A DNA stretch of 64,000 nt, taken from the NCBI GenBank assembly GCA_963666515.2, contig OY762897.2, forward strand, positions 3,072,001-3,136,000. The letters are read 5' to 3'. The translations under genes and the position numbers were made by a program. Positions 18,639 to 31,458 of this stretch are shown here, piece by piece. Within the stretch, counting starts at the first letter, position 1. Each line of letters begins with the position of its first letter. Below the pieces are notes generated by a model. It saw only the letters and a list, made by a program, of their open reading frames with translations. It made no database searches and was not told where the DNA came from. Origin of the DNA: Candidatus Binatia bacterium (GTDB taxonomy: Bacteria; Desulfobacterota; Binatia; UBA9968; JAJDTQ01).

Positions 18639-18989
18639 CTACTTCTTCTTGAACCAGCTTATCACGGCCCCCCAGACGATGAAGAACAGGCCGCCGGCCA
18701 TCAACGCCAGACCGACGGGCCCGAAGACGAATGAAAGGCCGAACCCCAACACGAGAAAAAGCACGCCGGCGCCCAGGGGATTCATCGGCGCCGGTGTGGA
18801 CCCGGTCGCTGCCTGTTGTGGTTCCTCGCCCCGGATCAGCTCCTCGCGCACCAGCGAGAAGGCGAGTTCCTTCAGATCCTCCCGCTTCTCCGGCTCGACG
18901 GAACGGATCAACCGGCCGATATGCTCGGCCAGCCGTTCGACTTCCGCTTCCGTCGACTCAGGGTCGGATTTTGGAGGTTCTGAAGCCAC
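18639..18989 (-). CDS. Hypothetical membrane protein heading the bc operon
   Basis: GTG start, helical N-terminus, two C-terminal TM segments; 19 bp upstream of the Rieske gene. Confidence 0.65.
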   Translation of the reverse strand: MASEPPKSDPESTEAEVERLAEHIGRLIRSVEPEKREDLKELAFSLVREELIRGEEPQQAATGSTPAPMNPLGAGVLFLVLGFGLSFVFGPVGLALMAGGLFFIVWGAVISWFKKK

Positions 18990-19004
18990 GGAGAATAGAA
19001 AACG

Positions 19005-19033
19005 TGAATAATATAAGCGACTACGGATGTCAA
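19005..19033 (-). promoter_or_regulatory. Possible sigma70 promoter for the bc operon
   Basis: Minus-strand TTGACA followed by an AT-rich TATATTATTC block; spacing imperfect. Confidence 0.35.
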
Positions 19034-19078
19034 CAGAGTCGTGTAAAACGACCTGCACACGCGCCGGATCCCCCAGAG

Positions 19079-19888
19079 CTAGGTCACCAGTCCCAGCACG
19101 TCCTTCATGCCGTAAAGGCCGTTCTCCTTGTCCGCGACCCACTGCGCCGCCCTAATGGCGCCGCGGCCGAAAGCGTCCCTGCTGTGGGCCCGGTGGACCA
19201 GCTCGATCCTTTCTCCGATGCCGCCGAACATGACGGTGTGCTCGCCTGCGATATCGCCGGCCCGGACGGAAAGGAGACCGATGTCGGTCTTCTTCCGCTC
19301 GCCGAACCCGCTACGGCCCTCCACGCCCACCCGTTCCAGCTTGCGCCCCAGGGCGTCGCCCGCGGCCCGGGCCAAGGCCAACGCAGTGCCGCTGGGGGCG
19401 TCTTTCTTGAACCGGTGGTGCGCCTCCACGATCTCCACGTCGTAGGCGTCGCCGAGGCTGCGGGCCACCTGACCCACCAAGCCGAGCAGCAGGTTCACCC
19501 CGAGGCTCATGTTGGGAGCGAGGACGGTGGGAGTCCGGGCCGCCAGGGTTCGGATCTGCCGGAGTTGCTTGGCGTTGAAGCCGGTGGTGCCGATGACGAT
19601 GGGAGTGGCGGTCTTGGCCGCGGCCTTCATGTGGGCGACGGAGGCGTCGGGGGTCGTCAAATCGACGATGACACGCTTTTCTCCAGCCGACGGCTCGATG
19701 CGGTCGATGATCTCGACGCCCAGATGACCGGCGCCGGCCACCTCTCCGGCGTCCTGACCCAACCTGGCGCTGCCGGGCCGGTCCACGGCCCCGGCGAGGG
19801 TGACGCCCGGAGTATCCTGGATCAGGCGGACCAGCGCGCTGCCCATCCTCCCGCCCGGCCCGCAAACGATCAGACCCAGCGTGCTCAT
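19079..19888 (-). CDS. dapB: 4-hydroxy-tetrahydrodipicolinate reductase
   Basis: GPGGRMG, GTTG, APNMSLG, EAHHRFKKDAPSGTA. Confidence 0.96.
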   Translation of the reverse strand: MSTLGLIVCGPGGRMGSALVRLIQDTPGVTLAGAVDRPGSARLGQDAGEVAGAGHLGVEIIDRIEPSAGEKRVIVDLTTPDASVAHMKAAAKTATPIVIGTTGFNAKQLRQIRTLAARTPTVLAPNMSLGVNLLLGLVGQVARSLGDAYDVEIVEAHHRFKKDAPSGTALALARAAGDALGRKLERVGVEGRSGFGERKKTDIGLLSVRAGDIAGEHTVMFGGIGERIELVHRAHSRDAFGRGAIRAAQWVADKENGLYGMKDVLGLVT

Positions 19889-19932
19889 GCCCGTGTCCTT
19901 TCTCGCGTAGAGATGCGCAGGACCGTTCGGGG

Positions 19933-20817
19933 TCAGGAAGGACGCTCGATCAATCCGTAGTCCGCCATGGCGCCGTTCAGCCGCTTCAGGTTGGACTCGC
20001 CCATTGGAGTCAGCGGCAGCCGCAACTCGGGGCCGCACTTGCCCATGAGGGACAGGGCGGTCTTGACGGGGATGGGATTTGTTTCGCTGAAAAGGCAACG
20101 GATCAGCGGCATCAGCTCGAACTGGATGCGACGGCCGGTGGCCCAATCGTCCCGCAGGCACGCTTCCGTCAGGTCAGCCATGGCACGGGGGGCGACGTTG
20201 CCGGTGGTGGTGATGACACCCTTGCCACCCAAAGTCATGAGCGAATAGACCAGCGAGTCCTCGCCGGAATACACCGCCAGGGAGTCGCCGCACAGCCGGA
20301 TGACGTCGATGGCCTGGTCCACCGATCCCGTTGCCTCCTTCACCCCGGCGACGTTGCCGATTTCCGCCAGCCGCGCCAGCGTTTCCGGCTCCATCTTCGA
20401 GGCCGTACGGCCCGGAATGTTGTAGACGATGAGGGGGATGCCCACGTGCTCGGCCACCGCCCGGTAATGGCGGTAGATGCCCTCCTGGGTGGGCTTGTTG
20501 TAGTAGGGCGAGATCAGCAGCGCGCCGTCGGCGCCGGAGTCCTCCGCGGCCCGGGTGAGGTCCATGGCTTCGCGGGTGGAGTTGGAGCCGGTGCCGGCGA
20601 TGACCGGGACCCGCTTCCCTGCCGCGCGCACCACCGCGTCGATGACCGCGTGGTGCTCCTCGTGGTCCAGGGTGGCCGACTCTCCGGTGGAGCCGCACGG
20701 CACCAGCGCGTGCGTTCCCTGCTCGATCTGGAACTCAACCAGCACCTCCAGCGCGGCGTAGTCCACCTCGCCATCCTTGAACGGCGTGACCATGGCCGTC
20801 ATCGATCCGGTAAACAT
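19933..20817 (-). CDS. dapA: 4-hydroxy-tetrahydrodipicolinate synthase
   Basis: TAMVTPF, GSTGE, PYYNKP, YNIPGRT, GVKEA, NPIPVK. Confidence 0.96.
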   Translation of the reverse strand: MFTGSMTAMVTPFKDGEVDYAALEVLVEFQIEQGTHALVPCGSTGESATLDHEEHHAVIDAVVRAAGKRVPVIAGTGSNSTREAMDLTRAAEDSGADGALLISPYYNKPTQEGIYRHYRAVAEHVGIPLIVYNIPGRTASKMEPETLARLAEIGNVAGVKEATGSVDQAIDVIRLCGDSLAVYSGEDSLVYSLMTLGGKGVITTTGNVAPRAMADLTEACLRDDWATGRRIQFELMPLIRCLFSETNPIPVKTALSLMGKCGPELRLPLTPMGESNLKRLNGAMADYGLIERPS

Positions 20818-20865
20818 GTCGTCCCCCCTTGGCCCTTGCGTTATTTCCTTCCCCGCCCGACCCCC

Positions 20866-20894
20866 CTGGATTCCGGCTTTCGCCGGAATGACGG
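20866..20894 (-). repeat. CGTC-type REP palindrome
   Basis: Reverse complement CCGTCATTCCGGCGAAAGCCGGAATCCAG, one mismatch to 2452-2480. Confidence 0.8.
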
Positions 20895-20935
20895 GTTGCG
20901 GGACATCGCCGGCCACTCCCTATACCGATACCACC

Positions 20936-21757
20936 TCAAACGCGGATGCTGCCCTGGAAAACTTCCTGGGCGGGGCCGGTCATGTAGACCCGGTCGTCGT
21001 CGGCCCAGTGTATCTCCAGGTCCCCGCCGATGAGGTGTACCGTTATCTTCTTCCCGGTCCTGTTGGTCAAGGCTCCGGCCACGCCCACGGCGCTGGCGCC
21101 GGTGCCGCAGGCCCAGGTCTCGCCGGCGCCGCGTTCCCAGACGCGCATGCGCACCTCGTCCGGTGCGAGCACCTGGACGAATTCGGTGTTGACCCGGTTG
21201 GGGAAGAAGGCGTGGTGCTCGAAGCGGGGTCCCAGCCGGGGCAGGTCCAGCGCATCCACGTCATCGACGTAGAGGACGCAATGGGGATTGCCCATGGACA
21301 CGCAGGTGACCGCGTACTCGACGCCGTCGACGGTGAGCGGATGGTTGAGGATGCTGCCGTCGGCGTCTACGGGGATGTCCCGGCCGTCCAGCACGGGCCG
21401 GCCCATGTCCACCTCCACCCGGTCGCCCTTGAGCCGCGGCCGGATGATGCCCGCAAGCGTATCCACCGCGATCTCCTGCTTCTCGGTCAGGCCGTGCTCG
21501 TAGACGTACCTGGCAAAGCAGCGGATGCCGTTGCCGCACATCTCCACCTCGCTGCCGTCGGCGTTGTAGATCTCCATCGTGAAGTCCGCCGAGTCCGACG
21601 GCTTGACGGTGAGCAACTGGTCCGCACCTACGCCGAAGCGGCGGTGGCACAGGTTCTTCGCAATGTCCGCCAGGCCCGTCGGCTGCGCCTCCATGCAGTC
21701 CAGCACCACGAAATCGTTGCCGCAGCCGTGCATCTTGGTAAACGTGATCTCGGTCAT
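20936..21757 (-). CDS. dapF: Diaminopimelate epimerase
   Basis: KMHGCGNDF, EMCGNG, GNPH, ERGAGET.ACGTG. Confidence 0.96.
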   Translation of the reverse strand: MTEITFTKMHGCGNDFVVLDCMEAQPTGLADIAKNLCHRRFGVGADQLLTVKPSDSADFTMEIYNADGSEVEMCGNGIRCFARYVYEHGLTEKQEIAVDTLAGIIRPRLKGDRVEVDMGRPVLDGRDIPVDADGSILNHPLTVDGVEYAVTCVSMGNPHCVLYVDDVDALDLPRLGPRFEHHAFFPNRVNTEFVQVLAPDEVRMRVWERGAGETWACGTGASAVGVAGALTNRTGKKITVHLIGGDLEIHWADDDRVYMTGPAQEVFQGSIRV

Positions 21758-21770
21758 GGGCTCCTCCGCT

Positions 21771-23023
<1,253 letters not shown>

Positions 23024-23036
<13 letters not shown>

Positions 23037-23518
23037 TCGATGCTGACCTCGTTGGACGGCCCGCTGAGGGAACCGTCGGACAAACGGACCCGGACCCGAT
23101 ACCGGTACACCCTGCCGGACTGAAGCTCCGTATCCGTGAACACGTAGTCGGACCGCTTGAAGAAGCGGCCTTCGTCTTCCACGTTGATGACCGCCCGCTC
23201 GCTGTAGGCCGCGCGGCAGTCCGGACAATCCGCGGCCGTGCTCTTGCGGAACACCACGAACGCCGCGAGGTCCGTGAGCGGCCGGCCGTCCAAGGCCTTG
23301 CGGGGATGCGACCAGCCCAGGCGGATGCTGCGGTCCTGCAGCCTGAGCGTCAGGTCGGTGATGGCCACGGGCATCAGCAGCTCGGGCGCCCGGGGCGCTC
23401 CCTTCCTGCCGCAGCCGACGGCCAGCAACGCGGGCAGCAGGAGCATGCACAACAAACCTGCACCGTTCACTCGAAGGAGTCTGGTGCCGGCACTTCCTCC
23501 AATGCCCGAAACCGTCAT
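23024..23518 (-). CDS. Lipoprotein, LptM/YifL-like N-terminus plus fibronectin type III-like domain
   Basis: Lipobox LAVGC followed by GRKGAPRAP; W..P...Y/F.V.R...FTD..L..G..Y.YRV....G..S.PSN FN3 pattern; upstream of lysA-dapF. Confidence 0.7.
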
Positions 23519-24891
23519 CACACCCCCAGCTTCCTCAACCGGCGGCGGACGTTGGCGGAGGCGGTGCCGCCGGGCGCGCGACGGCGCTCGACGACGGCGC
23601 GGAGCGTCAGGACCTCGTAGACGTCCGGGCCGATGGCCGGGCAGTAGCCCTGAAGCTCCTCCAGCGACAGGTCCTGCAGCTTGCGTTGCGTGTCGATGCA
23701 GTGGCGCACGGCGCCGCCCACCACGTCGTGGGCGGCGCGGAAGCTGAGGCCCCGGCCCACGAGGTAGTCCGCCAGGTCCGTGGCGTTCATGAAGCCGTCC
23801 TCGGCCGCGGCCAGCATCCGCTCGCCTCGCACCTCCAGGCCGTTGAAGAGCTCCCGCGCCATCAGCAGGCACGCGGTGACCGTGTCCACGGTGTCGAACA
23901 GGGGTTCCTTGTCCTCCTGGAGGTCGCGGTTGTAGGCCAGCGGCAGCCCTTTCATGATGGTCAGGAGCGTGTTGAGGTTGCCGTACACCCGCCCGGTCTT
24001 GCCGCGGATCAGCTCGGCTACGTCGGGGTTCTTCTTCTGCGGCATCATCGAGCTGCCGGTGCAGTAGGCATCCGGCAACTCGACGAAGCCGAACTCCTCG
24101 CTGGACCACAGGATCAGCTCGTCGGCCATGCGGCTCAGGTGGACGAACAGGATGGCGGACGCCGACAGGAACTCCAGCACGAAGTCCCGGTCGCTGACCG
24201 CGTCGATGCTGTTCTCGGAGAGGCGCGGGAAGTTCAGCAGTTTCGCCACGTAGGCGCGGTCGATGGGAAAGCTCGTGCCGGCCAACGCGCCGGAGCCCAG
24301 GGGCATGACGTCGGTCTCCGTCCGGCAGTGGCGGTAGCGGCTCTTGTCCCGCTCGAACATCTCCACGTAGGCCAGCAGGTGGTGCGCGAACAGCACGGGC
24401 TGGGCCCGCTGGAGGTGGGTGTAGCCGGGCATGAGCACGCCCTCGTTCCGTCGCGCCGCGCCCGCCAGCGCCTGCTGCAGCGCGTCGAGGGCTCCCAGGA
24501 TGCCGTCGAGGGCCTCCCTCAGGTAGAGGCGCATGTCCAGGCTCACTTGGTCGTTGCGGCTCCGGGCGGTGTGGAGCTTCTCACCGACGGCGCCGATCTT
24601 CTCGGTGAGTCGCCGCTCGATGTTCATGTGGATGTCTTCATCGGCGACGCTGTAGGGGAACGCTCCGCTCTCGATCTCCTTCTGCACCGCGCGCAGTCCG
24701 GCGACGATCTTGCGGGCGTCGCCCGCGGGGATGATGCGCTGCTTGCCTAACATGCGCGCATGGGCCGTGCTGCCGGCGATGTCGTGCCGGTAGAGGCGCC
24801 GGTCCACGTCCACGGACGCGGTGAAGGCCACCACGGAGTCCGCGGTGGAACCAGCGAACCGGCCTCCCCAGAGCTGTTTCTTCTTCGCCAT
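23518..24891 (-). CDS. argH: Argininosuccinate lyase
   Basis: LWGGRF, HTARSRNDQ, GSSMMPQKKNPD. Confidence 0.97.
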   Translation of the reverse strand: MAKKKQLWGGRFAGSTADSVVAFTASVDVDRRLYRHDIAGSTAHARMLGKQRIIPAGDARKIVAGLRAVQKEIESGAFPYSVADEDIHMNIERRLTEKIGAVGEKLHTARSRNDQVSLDMRLYLREALDGILGALDALQQALAGAARRNEGVLMPGYTHLQRAQPVLFAHHLLAYVEMFERDKSRYRHCRTETDVMPLGSGALAGTSFPIDRAYVAKLLNFPRLSENSIDAVSDRDFVLEFLSASAILFVHLSRMADELILWSSEEFGFVELPDAYCTGSSMMPQKKNPDVAELIRGKTGRVYGNLNTLLTIMKGLPLAYNRDLQEDKEPLFDTVDTVTACLLMARELFNGLEVRGERMLAAAEDGFMNATDLADYLVGRGLSFRAAHDVVGGAVRHCIDTQRKLQDLSLEELQGYCPAIGPDVYEVLTLRAVVERRRAPGGTASANVRRRLRKLGV

Positions 24892-24967
24892 GCTGGTTAT
24901 GTGCCCGCGACGTCCAGCCGGAAGTTCGCGTGCACGATGAGCCGGTGTTGTTTCTTCGCCATGCCGG

Positions 24968-24972
<5 letters not shown>
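24881..24972. repeat. Direct duplication of the argG/argH junction
   Basis: TTCTTCGCCATGC(T/C)GGTTATG at 24881-24901 and 24952-24972. Confidence 0.75.
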
Positions 24973-26167
<1,195 letters not shown>

Positions 26168-26225
26168 GAACGTCTCTCCGTTTGACATCCGGATTCCAGG
26201 AGCCTGTCCGAGTAGTCGAATTTCA

Positions 26226-26250
26226 GGGGGCGACCGCGGGTCGCCCCTAC
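26226..26250 (-). repeat. GTAG-type REP overlapping the argF stop codon
   Basis: Minus strand GTAGGGGCGACCCGCGGTCGCCCCC; its TAG is the argF stop. Confidence 0.7.
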
Positions 26251-27167
26251 GCGGCTACGCCCAGGCACCACACCATCAGCGCCTTCTGGGCGTGCAGGCG
26301 GTTCTCGGCCTGGTCGAACACCACGGAATGGCGGCCTTCGATGACCTCGTCGGTGATCTCCTCGTCGCGGTGGGCGGGCAGGCAGTGCATCACCGCCACG
26401 TCGTCCTTCGCCCGAGACACCAGTTCCCGGTTGACCTGGAAGGCGACGAAGGCCCGTTTCCGATCGCCGGCTTGCCCCTCCTGGCCCATGCTCGCCCACA
26501 CGTCGGTGTAGATGGCGTCGGCGCCACCCACGGCCTCGGCCGGATCGTGCGTGACCGCCACGTCCGCGCCCGCGGCCGCCGCCGAGTCGAAGACCTCCCG
26601 GTCGGGCTCGAAACCCTCGGGACAGGCCAGCGTGAACCGGAACGGCAGCTTTTCCGCGGCCAGCAGCCAGGAGTGCGCCACGTTGTTGCCGTCGCCCACG
26701 AACGCCACCTTGAGCCCTTCCAACCGCCCCTTGCACTCCTGCAGGGTGAGCAGGTCCGCCAGCACCTGGCAGGGGTGGTAGAGGTCGGACAGCGCGTTGA
26801 TCACCGGCACGGAGCCGAAGGCCGCCATCTCCGTCAGGATGCCCTGGGCGAAGGTGCGTACCGCGATGATGTCCACCAGGCGGCTCAACACCCGGACGCA
26901 GTCGGCCGGCGTCTCGCGCTCGCCCAGTTGCACCTCGTCGGGCCCCAGGAACAGCGTGGCGCCTCCCAGCTCGGTCATGCCGATATCGAAGGTGGCCCGG
27001 GTCCTAAGGCTGGGCTTCTGGAACAGCAGCGCCAGCTTCTTTCCCGCCAGCAACGGCCGCAGGCGTCCGTCCCCGCGTTCCCGCTTGAGGGTCGCGGCCA
27101 GGGAGAGGACCTCGTCCAGGTCCACCCGGGTGAGGTCCCGCAACGTCAGTACGTCCCGCTTCTTCAT
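26247..27167 (-). CDS. argF: Ornithine carbamoyltransferase
   Basis: SLRT, HPCQ, DVWASMG, HCLP, QAENR. Confidence 0.95.
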   Translation of the reverse strand: MKKRDVLTLRDLTRVDLDEVLSLAATLKRERGDGRLRPLLAGKKLALLFQKPSLRTRATFDIGMTELGGATLFLGPDEVQLGERETPADCVRVLSRLVDIIAVRTFAQGILTEMAAFGSVPVINALSDLYHPCQVLADLLTLQECKGRLEGLKVAFVGDGNNVAHSWLLAAEKLPFRFTLACPEGFEPDREVFDSAAAAGADVAVTHDPAEAVGGADAIYTDVWASMGQEGQAGDRKRAFVAFQVNRELVSRAKDDVAVMHCLPAHRDEEITDEVIEGRHSVVFDQAENRLHAQKALMVWCLGVAA

Positions 27168-27172
27168 GCCCG

Positions 27173-28360
27173 TCACACCCGCGCCAGCACCCGCTCCAGG
27201 ATCCCCAGCGCCTCGTCCACGTCGGCCTGCTCGATGGTCAGCGGCGGCACCATGCGGAGCACGTTGGGTCCCGCCAGCACCACGAGCAACCCTTCCTTCA
27301 TGCATTCCTGGACCATGGGGCCGCACTCGCGGTCCATCTCCATACCCAGGAGCAATCCCTTGCCGCGCACCTCGCGGATGAAGCCGAAGCGCTGCGCCAG
27401 CGCCTCCAGTCCCTGCCGCAGCGCGCCGCCGACCTCCTCGCAGTGCTCCACCAGGCCGGCTTCCAGGATGGTCTCCATCACCGCCAGCCCCGCCCGGCAT
27501 ACCACCGGGTTGCCGCCGAAGGTGGAGGCATGGGATCCCGGCGGAAAGCTCTTGGCGACCTCTTCCCGCGCCAGCATGGCGCCCAGAGGAAGGCCGCCGC
27601 CCAGGGCCTTGGCCAGGGTCATGACGTCGGGCGCGACGCCGAAGTGCTCGTAGCCGAACAGCCGGCCGGTGCGCCCCATGCCCACCTGCACCTCGTCGAA
27701 TATCAGCAGCAGTCCCTTGTCGTCGCAGAGCTGACGCAGCCCGCGCATGTAGGACACGTCCGGCACCACCACGCCGCCCTCGCCCTGGATGGGCTCCACC
27801 AGGATGGCCGCGGTGCGTTCGTCCACGGCGTCCTCCGCGGCGTCCAGGTCGTTGAACGGCACGTGGCGGAAACCCGGCGGCAGCGGATCGAAGCCGAGGC
27901 GGATCTTCTCCTGGCCGGTGGCCGTCAGGGTGGCCAGGGTGCGCCCGTGGAACGAGTTGAGGGCGGTGATGACCTCGGTCCTGCCTCCGGCCTGCTCCGA
28001 GCCGTAGCGCCGCGCCAGCTTGAGGGCGGCCTCGTTGGCCTCGGCGCCGCTGTTGCAGAAGAACACCCGGTCGGCGAAGGAATGGTCGCAGAGCGCCTTG
28101 GCCAGCCGGGCCTGGGGCTCGATGTGATACAGGTTCGAGACGTGGATCAGGGATCGCACCTGCTCCGACACCGCCTTGGCCACCGCCGGATGGCAGTGGC
28201 CGAGGCTGTTGACGGCGATGCCGGCCACGAAGTCCAGGTACTCCTTGCCGTCCGCGTCCCACACCCGCGCCCCTTCCCCCCTCACCAGCGCGATGGGGAA
28301 ACGCGCGTAGGTGTTCATCACGTGCGCTTCGGTCAACTGTTGTGCTTCAAGGTTTGACAT
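27173..28360 (-). CDS. argD: Acetylornithine aminotransferase
   Basis: NSGAEANE, FHGRT, EPIQGEGG, DEVQ.GMGRTG, AKALGGG; arg operon context. Confidence 0.95.
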   Translation of the reverse strand: MSNLEAQQLTEAHVMNTYARFPIALVRGEGARVWDADGKEYLDFVAGIAVNSLGHCHPAVAKAVSEQVRSLIHVSNLYHIEPQARLAKALCDHSFADRVFFCNSGAEANEAALKLARRYGSEQAGGRTEVITALNSFHGRTLATLTATGQEKIRLGFDPLPPGFRHVPFNDLDAAEDAVDERTAAILVEPIQGEGGVVVPDVSYMRGLRQLCDDKGLLLIFDEVQVGMGRTGRLFGYEHFGVAPDVMTLAKALGGGLPLGAMLAREEVAKSFPPGSHASTFGGNPVVCRAGLAVMETILEAGLVEHCEEVGGALRQGLEALAQRFGFIREVRGKGLLLGMEMDRECGPMVQECMKEGLLVVLAGPNVLRMVPPLTIEQADVDEALGILERVLARV

Positions 28361-28366
28361 GGCGCC

Positions 28367-29248
28367 TCAGTCTCGAATCACCTCGGTTCCCACGCCCTGC
28401 TTGGTGAATATCTCCAGCAGGACGGCGTGCCGGTCGCGGCCGTCGATGATGTGGGTCTTGGTCACGCCGCCGTTCAGGGCGTCGACGCAGCACTCCACCT
28501 TGGGGATCATCCCCGACGAGATCACGTCCCGCTCGATGAGGTCGGCCGACTGGGAGATGGTGAGGGTGCTGATCAGTTCCCCCTCGCGGTCCCGCACGCC
28601 TTCCACGTCGGTGAGCAGGATGAGCTTCTCCGCGCCGAGGGCCGCGGCCACCCTCCCCGCCACCAAGTCCGCGTTGATGTTGTAGGTCTCGCCCTTCTCG
28701 CCCACGCCTACCGGCGCGATCACCGGGATGAAGCGGTTGCCGTCCAGGGAACGGATCACCGTGGGGTCCACCCGGACGATCTCCCCCACCATGCCGATGT
28801 CGATGATCTCGGTGCTCTCGCCGTCGCCCGGCACGGTCACGTTCATCTTGCGCGCCAGCACGAGCTGGCCGTCCTTGCCGCTGAGACCCACCGCGGCGCC
28901 GCCGTGCTGGTTGACGAGCGCGACGATCTCCTTGTTGACCTTGCCCACCAGCACCATCTCGATGATGTCGATGGTCTCCGAGTCGGTGACCCGCATGCCG
29001 CGCACGTAGCGGCTCTCGATGCCCATCTTCCCCAGCGTCTCGTTGATCTGGGGTCCGCCGCCGTGCACCACCACCACGTTGATGCCCACGTACTTGAGCA
29101 GCACGACATCCTGGGCGAAGCTCTGCTTGAGCGCCTCGTCCACCATGGCGGCGCCGCCGTACTTGACCACGAAGGTCTTGCCGAAAAAGCGCTTGATGAA
29201 CGGAAGCGCTTCCAGCAGGACTTCCGCCTTGCCTATGAAATCATCCAC
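28367..29248 (-). CDS. argB: Acetylglutamate kinase
   Basis: VKYGG, HGGGP, NINAD, GMIPK. Confidence 0.96.
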   Translation of the reverse strand: MDDFIGKAEVLLEALPFIKRFFGKTFVVKYGGAAMVDEALKQSFAQDVVLLKYVGINVVVVHGGGPQINETLGKMGIESRYVRGMRVTDSETIDIIEMVLVGKVNKEIVALVNQHGGAAVGLSGKDGQLVLARKMNVTVPGDGESTEIIDIGMVGEIVRVDPTVIRSLDGNRFIPVIAPVGVGEKGETYNINADLVAGRVAAALGAEKLILLTDVEGVRDREGELISTLTISQSADLIERDVISSGMIPKVECCVDALNGGVTKTHIIDGRDRHAVLLEIFTKQGVGTEVIRD

Positions 29249-29273
29249 GTTATGCGACTCCGGTCCGGGGGAA

Positions 29274-30677
29274 CTACAGGATGTACCGGGACAGGTCCTC
29301 GTTCTTGAGAATGGCGTCCAGGCGCTCGCTGACGTACCCGGCGTCGATGCGGACCTCCCGTCCGGGCATCTCCGGCGCGGTGAAGGAGACTTCGTCCAGG
29401 AGCTTCTCGAGGATCGTATGCAGCCGGCGGGCGCCGATGTTCTCCATCTTCTCGTTGGCCTCGGCGCTGATGCGGGCGATCTCCTCGATGGCGTCCTCCT
29501 GGAAGAGCAGCCGGATATTCTCGGTCTCCAGCAACGCCATGTACTGGCGGATCAGCGCGTTCCTGGGCTCGGTCAGGATGCGCACGAAGTCGTTCTTGTC
29601 CAGCGAGCTAAGCTCGACGCGAATGGGGAACCGGCCCTGGAACTCCGGGATCAGGTCCGACGGCTTGGAGTTGTGGAAGGCGCCGGAGGCGATGAAGAGG
29701 ATGTGGTCGGTCCTCACCAGCCCGTACTTCGAGCTGACGGTCGAGCCTTCGACGATGGGCAGGAGATCCCGCTGGACCCCTTCCCGCGAGACGTCGGGGC
29801 CGTGCAGGGATTCCCGCCCGGCGATCTTGTCGATCTCGTCGATGAACACGATCCCGGATTGTTCCACCCGCCTGGTGGACTCGCCCACCACCGTGTCCAT
29901 GTCCACCAGCCGGGCCGCTTCCTCCTGGGTCAGCAGCTTCATGGCCTCGGGTATCTTCACGGTCTTCCGCTTGGACTGCTTGGGAAGCAGGTTGGAGAAC
30001 ATCTCCTTGATGTTCGACTCCATCTCCTCCATTCCCTGCGGGGTCAGCACCTCGATCATCGGCGTCATGCTCTGGGTCAGCTCGACGTCCACGTCGCGAT
30101 CGTCCAGCTTCCCCGCCCGGAGCATCCGGCGGAGCTTTTCCCGCGTGCCGGGCGACGGCCGCTCCGCCACTTGGTCGCCGTCCCTGTCGCCGTTGTCCGG
30201 GGCCTGGGGCTCCGGCAACAGCAGGTCCAGCACCCGCTCTTCCGCCAGATCCCTCGCCTTGATCTGGACCTTCTCCTGCTCCTCCTCCCGCACCATCTTG
30301 ACCGCCAGGTCCATGAGGTCGCGGATGATGGATTCCACGTCCCTGCCGACGTAGCCCACCTCCGTGAACTTCGAGGCCTCCACCTTGATGAACGGCGCCT
30401 GGGCCAGCTTGGCCAGCCTGCGGGAGATCTCGGTCTTGCCCACTCCGGTAGGCCCGATCATGATGATGTTCTTGGGGGCGATCTCGTCCCGCAGCTCCTC
30501 GGGCACGAGCTGGCGCCGCCAGCGGTTGCGCACCGCCACGGCCACGGCCCGCTTGGCGTCGCGCTGGCCCACGATGTAGCGGTCCAGCTCGGAGACGATC
30601 TCGCGGGGCGTCATGACGGGCGTCAACGACTGTCCGTCCGCCGTGCGGACGCTCATCTGTTGGCTTTCATCCTTCAT
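29274..30677 (-). CDS. hslU: ATP-dependent protease ATPase subunit HslU
   Basis: [33 protein letters not shown]; exact start uncertain. Confidence 0.96.
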   Translation of the reverse strand: MKDESQQMSVRTADGQSLTPVMTPREIVSELDRYIVGQRDAKRAVAVAVRNRWRRQLVPEELRDEIAPKNIIMIGPTGVGKTEISRRLAKLAQAPFIKVEASKFTEVGYVGRDVESIIRDLMDLAVKMVREEEQEKVQIKARDLAEERVLDLLLPEPQAPDNGDRDGDQVAERPSPGTREKLRRMLRAGKLDDRDVDVELTQSMTPMIEVLTPQGMEEMESNIKEMFSNLLPKQSKRKTVKIPEAMKLLTQEEAARLVDMDTVVGESTRRVEQSGIVFIDEIDKIAGRESLHGPDVSREGVQRDLLPIVEGSTVSSKYGLVRTDHILFIASGAFHNSKPSDLIPEFQGRFPIRVELSSLDKNDFVRILTEPRNALIRQYMALLETENIRLLFQEDAIEEIARISAEANEKMENIGARRLHTILEKLLDEVSFTAPEMPGREVRIDAGYVSERLDAILKNEDLSRYIL

Positions 30678-30749
30678 AGGTCCGTCTTGGGGAAACTCCC
30701 GGAAAACCGTTGGCCCGCGCCGGCCGGGCAGGCCACGCATCACCCGGAA

Positions 30750-31280
30750 TCAGGGCAACTCCTCGATGGTCAGCTTGTCGTTCGTGTAGACGCAGATCGC
30801 CGCGGCCACCTTCATGGACTCCTCGGCGATGGCGCGGGCGTCGAGCGGGCTATGATGAACCAGCGCGCGCGCCGCCGCAAGCGCATAGTTGCCGCCCGAG
30901 CCGATGGCGATGACACCGTCGTCGGGCTCCACCACGTCGCCGTTGCCCGATACCACCAGGGAAGCCTCGACATCGGCGACGATCATCAGCGCTTCCAGCC
31001 GCCGGAGCACGCGGTCGGTGCGCCACTCCTTGGCCAGTTCCACCGCCGCGCGCCGGAACACGCCGCCGTGCTGTTCCAGCTTGCCCTCGAACTTCTCGAA
31101 CAGCGTGAACGCGTCCGCGGTGGCGCCCGCGAAGCCCGCGATCACGCGGTCGCTGTAGAGCTTCCGCACCTTGCGGGCCGTGTGCTTCAGCGCCGTGTCG
31201 CCGAGGCTGACCTGGCCGTCGCCGGCGACCACGATCCGGCCGCCGTGCCGCACCGCGAGGATGGTGGTTCCGTGAAACAT
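30750..31280 (-). CDS. hslV: ATP-dependent protease subunit HslV
   Basis: TTIL, GDGQV, GSGG. Confidence 0.96.
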   Translation of the reverse strand: MFHGTTILAVRHGGRIVVAGDGQVSLGDTALKHTARKVRKLYSDRVIAGFAGATADAFTLFEKFEGKLEQHGGVFRRAAVELAKEWRTDRVLRRLEALMIVADVEASLVVSGNGDVVEPDDGVIAIGSGGNYALAAARALVHHSPLDARAIAEESMKVAAAICVYTNDKLTIEELP

Positions 31281-31458
31281 CTTCAGTGAAATATCGTCAA
31301 TGAAGTCGGTCCGCGAGGGCCGCCGGTCTGAATCGCCGGTACAGGACCCGTGGCGTTCCGATCAAACCGACCACTCTAACATGAAACCGCGGACTTCGCA
31401 GGCCCTCACGTCTCGGGAACGGCGCCAGGAGCGTGTCTCCGGGCAGGCGGCCGGGCGC

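Noticed and set aside
26247-27167. SLRT instead of STRT suggesting N-acetylornithine carbamoyltransferase
   Set aside because: DxxxSMG and HCLP motifs of ordinary OTCase are retained.
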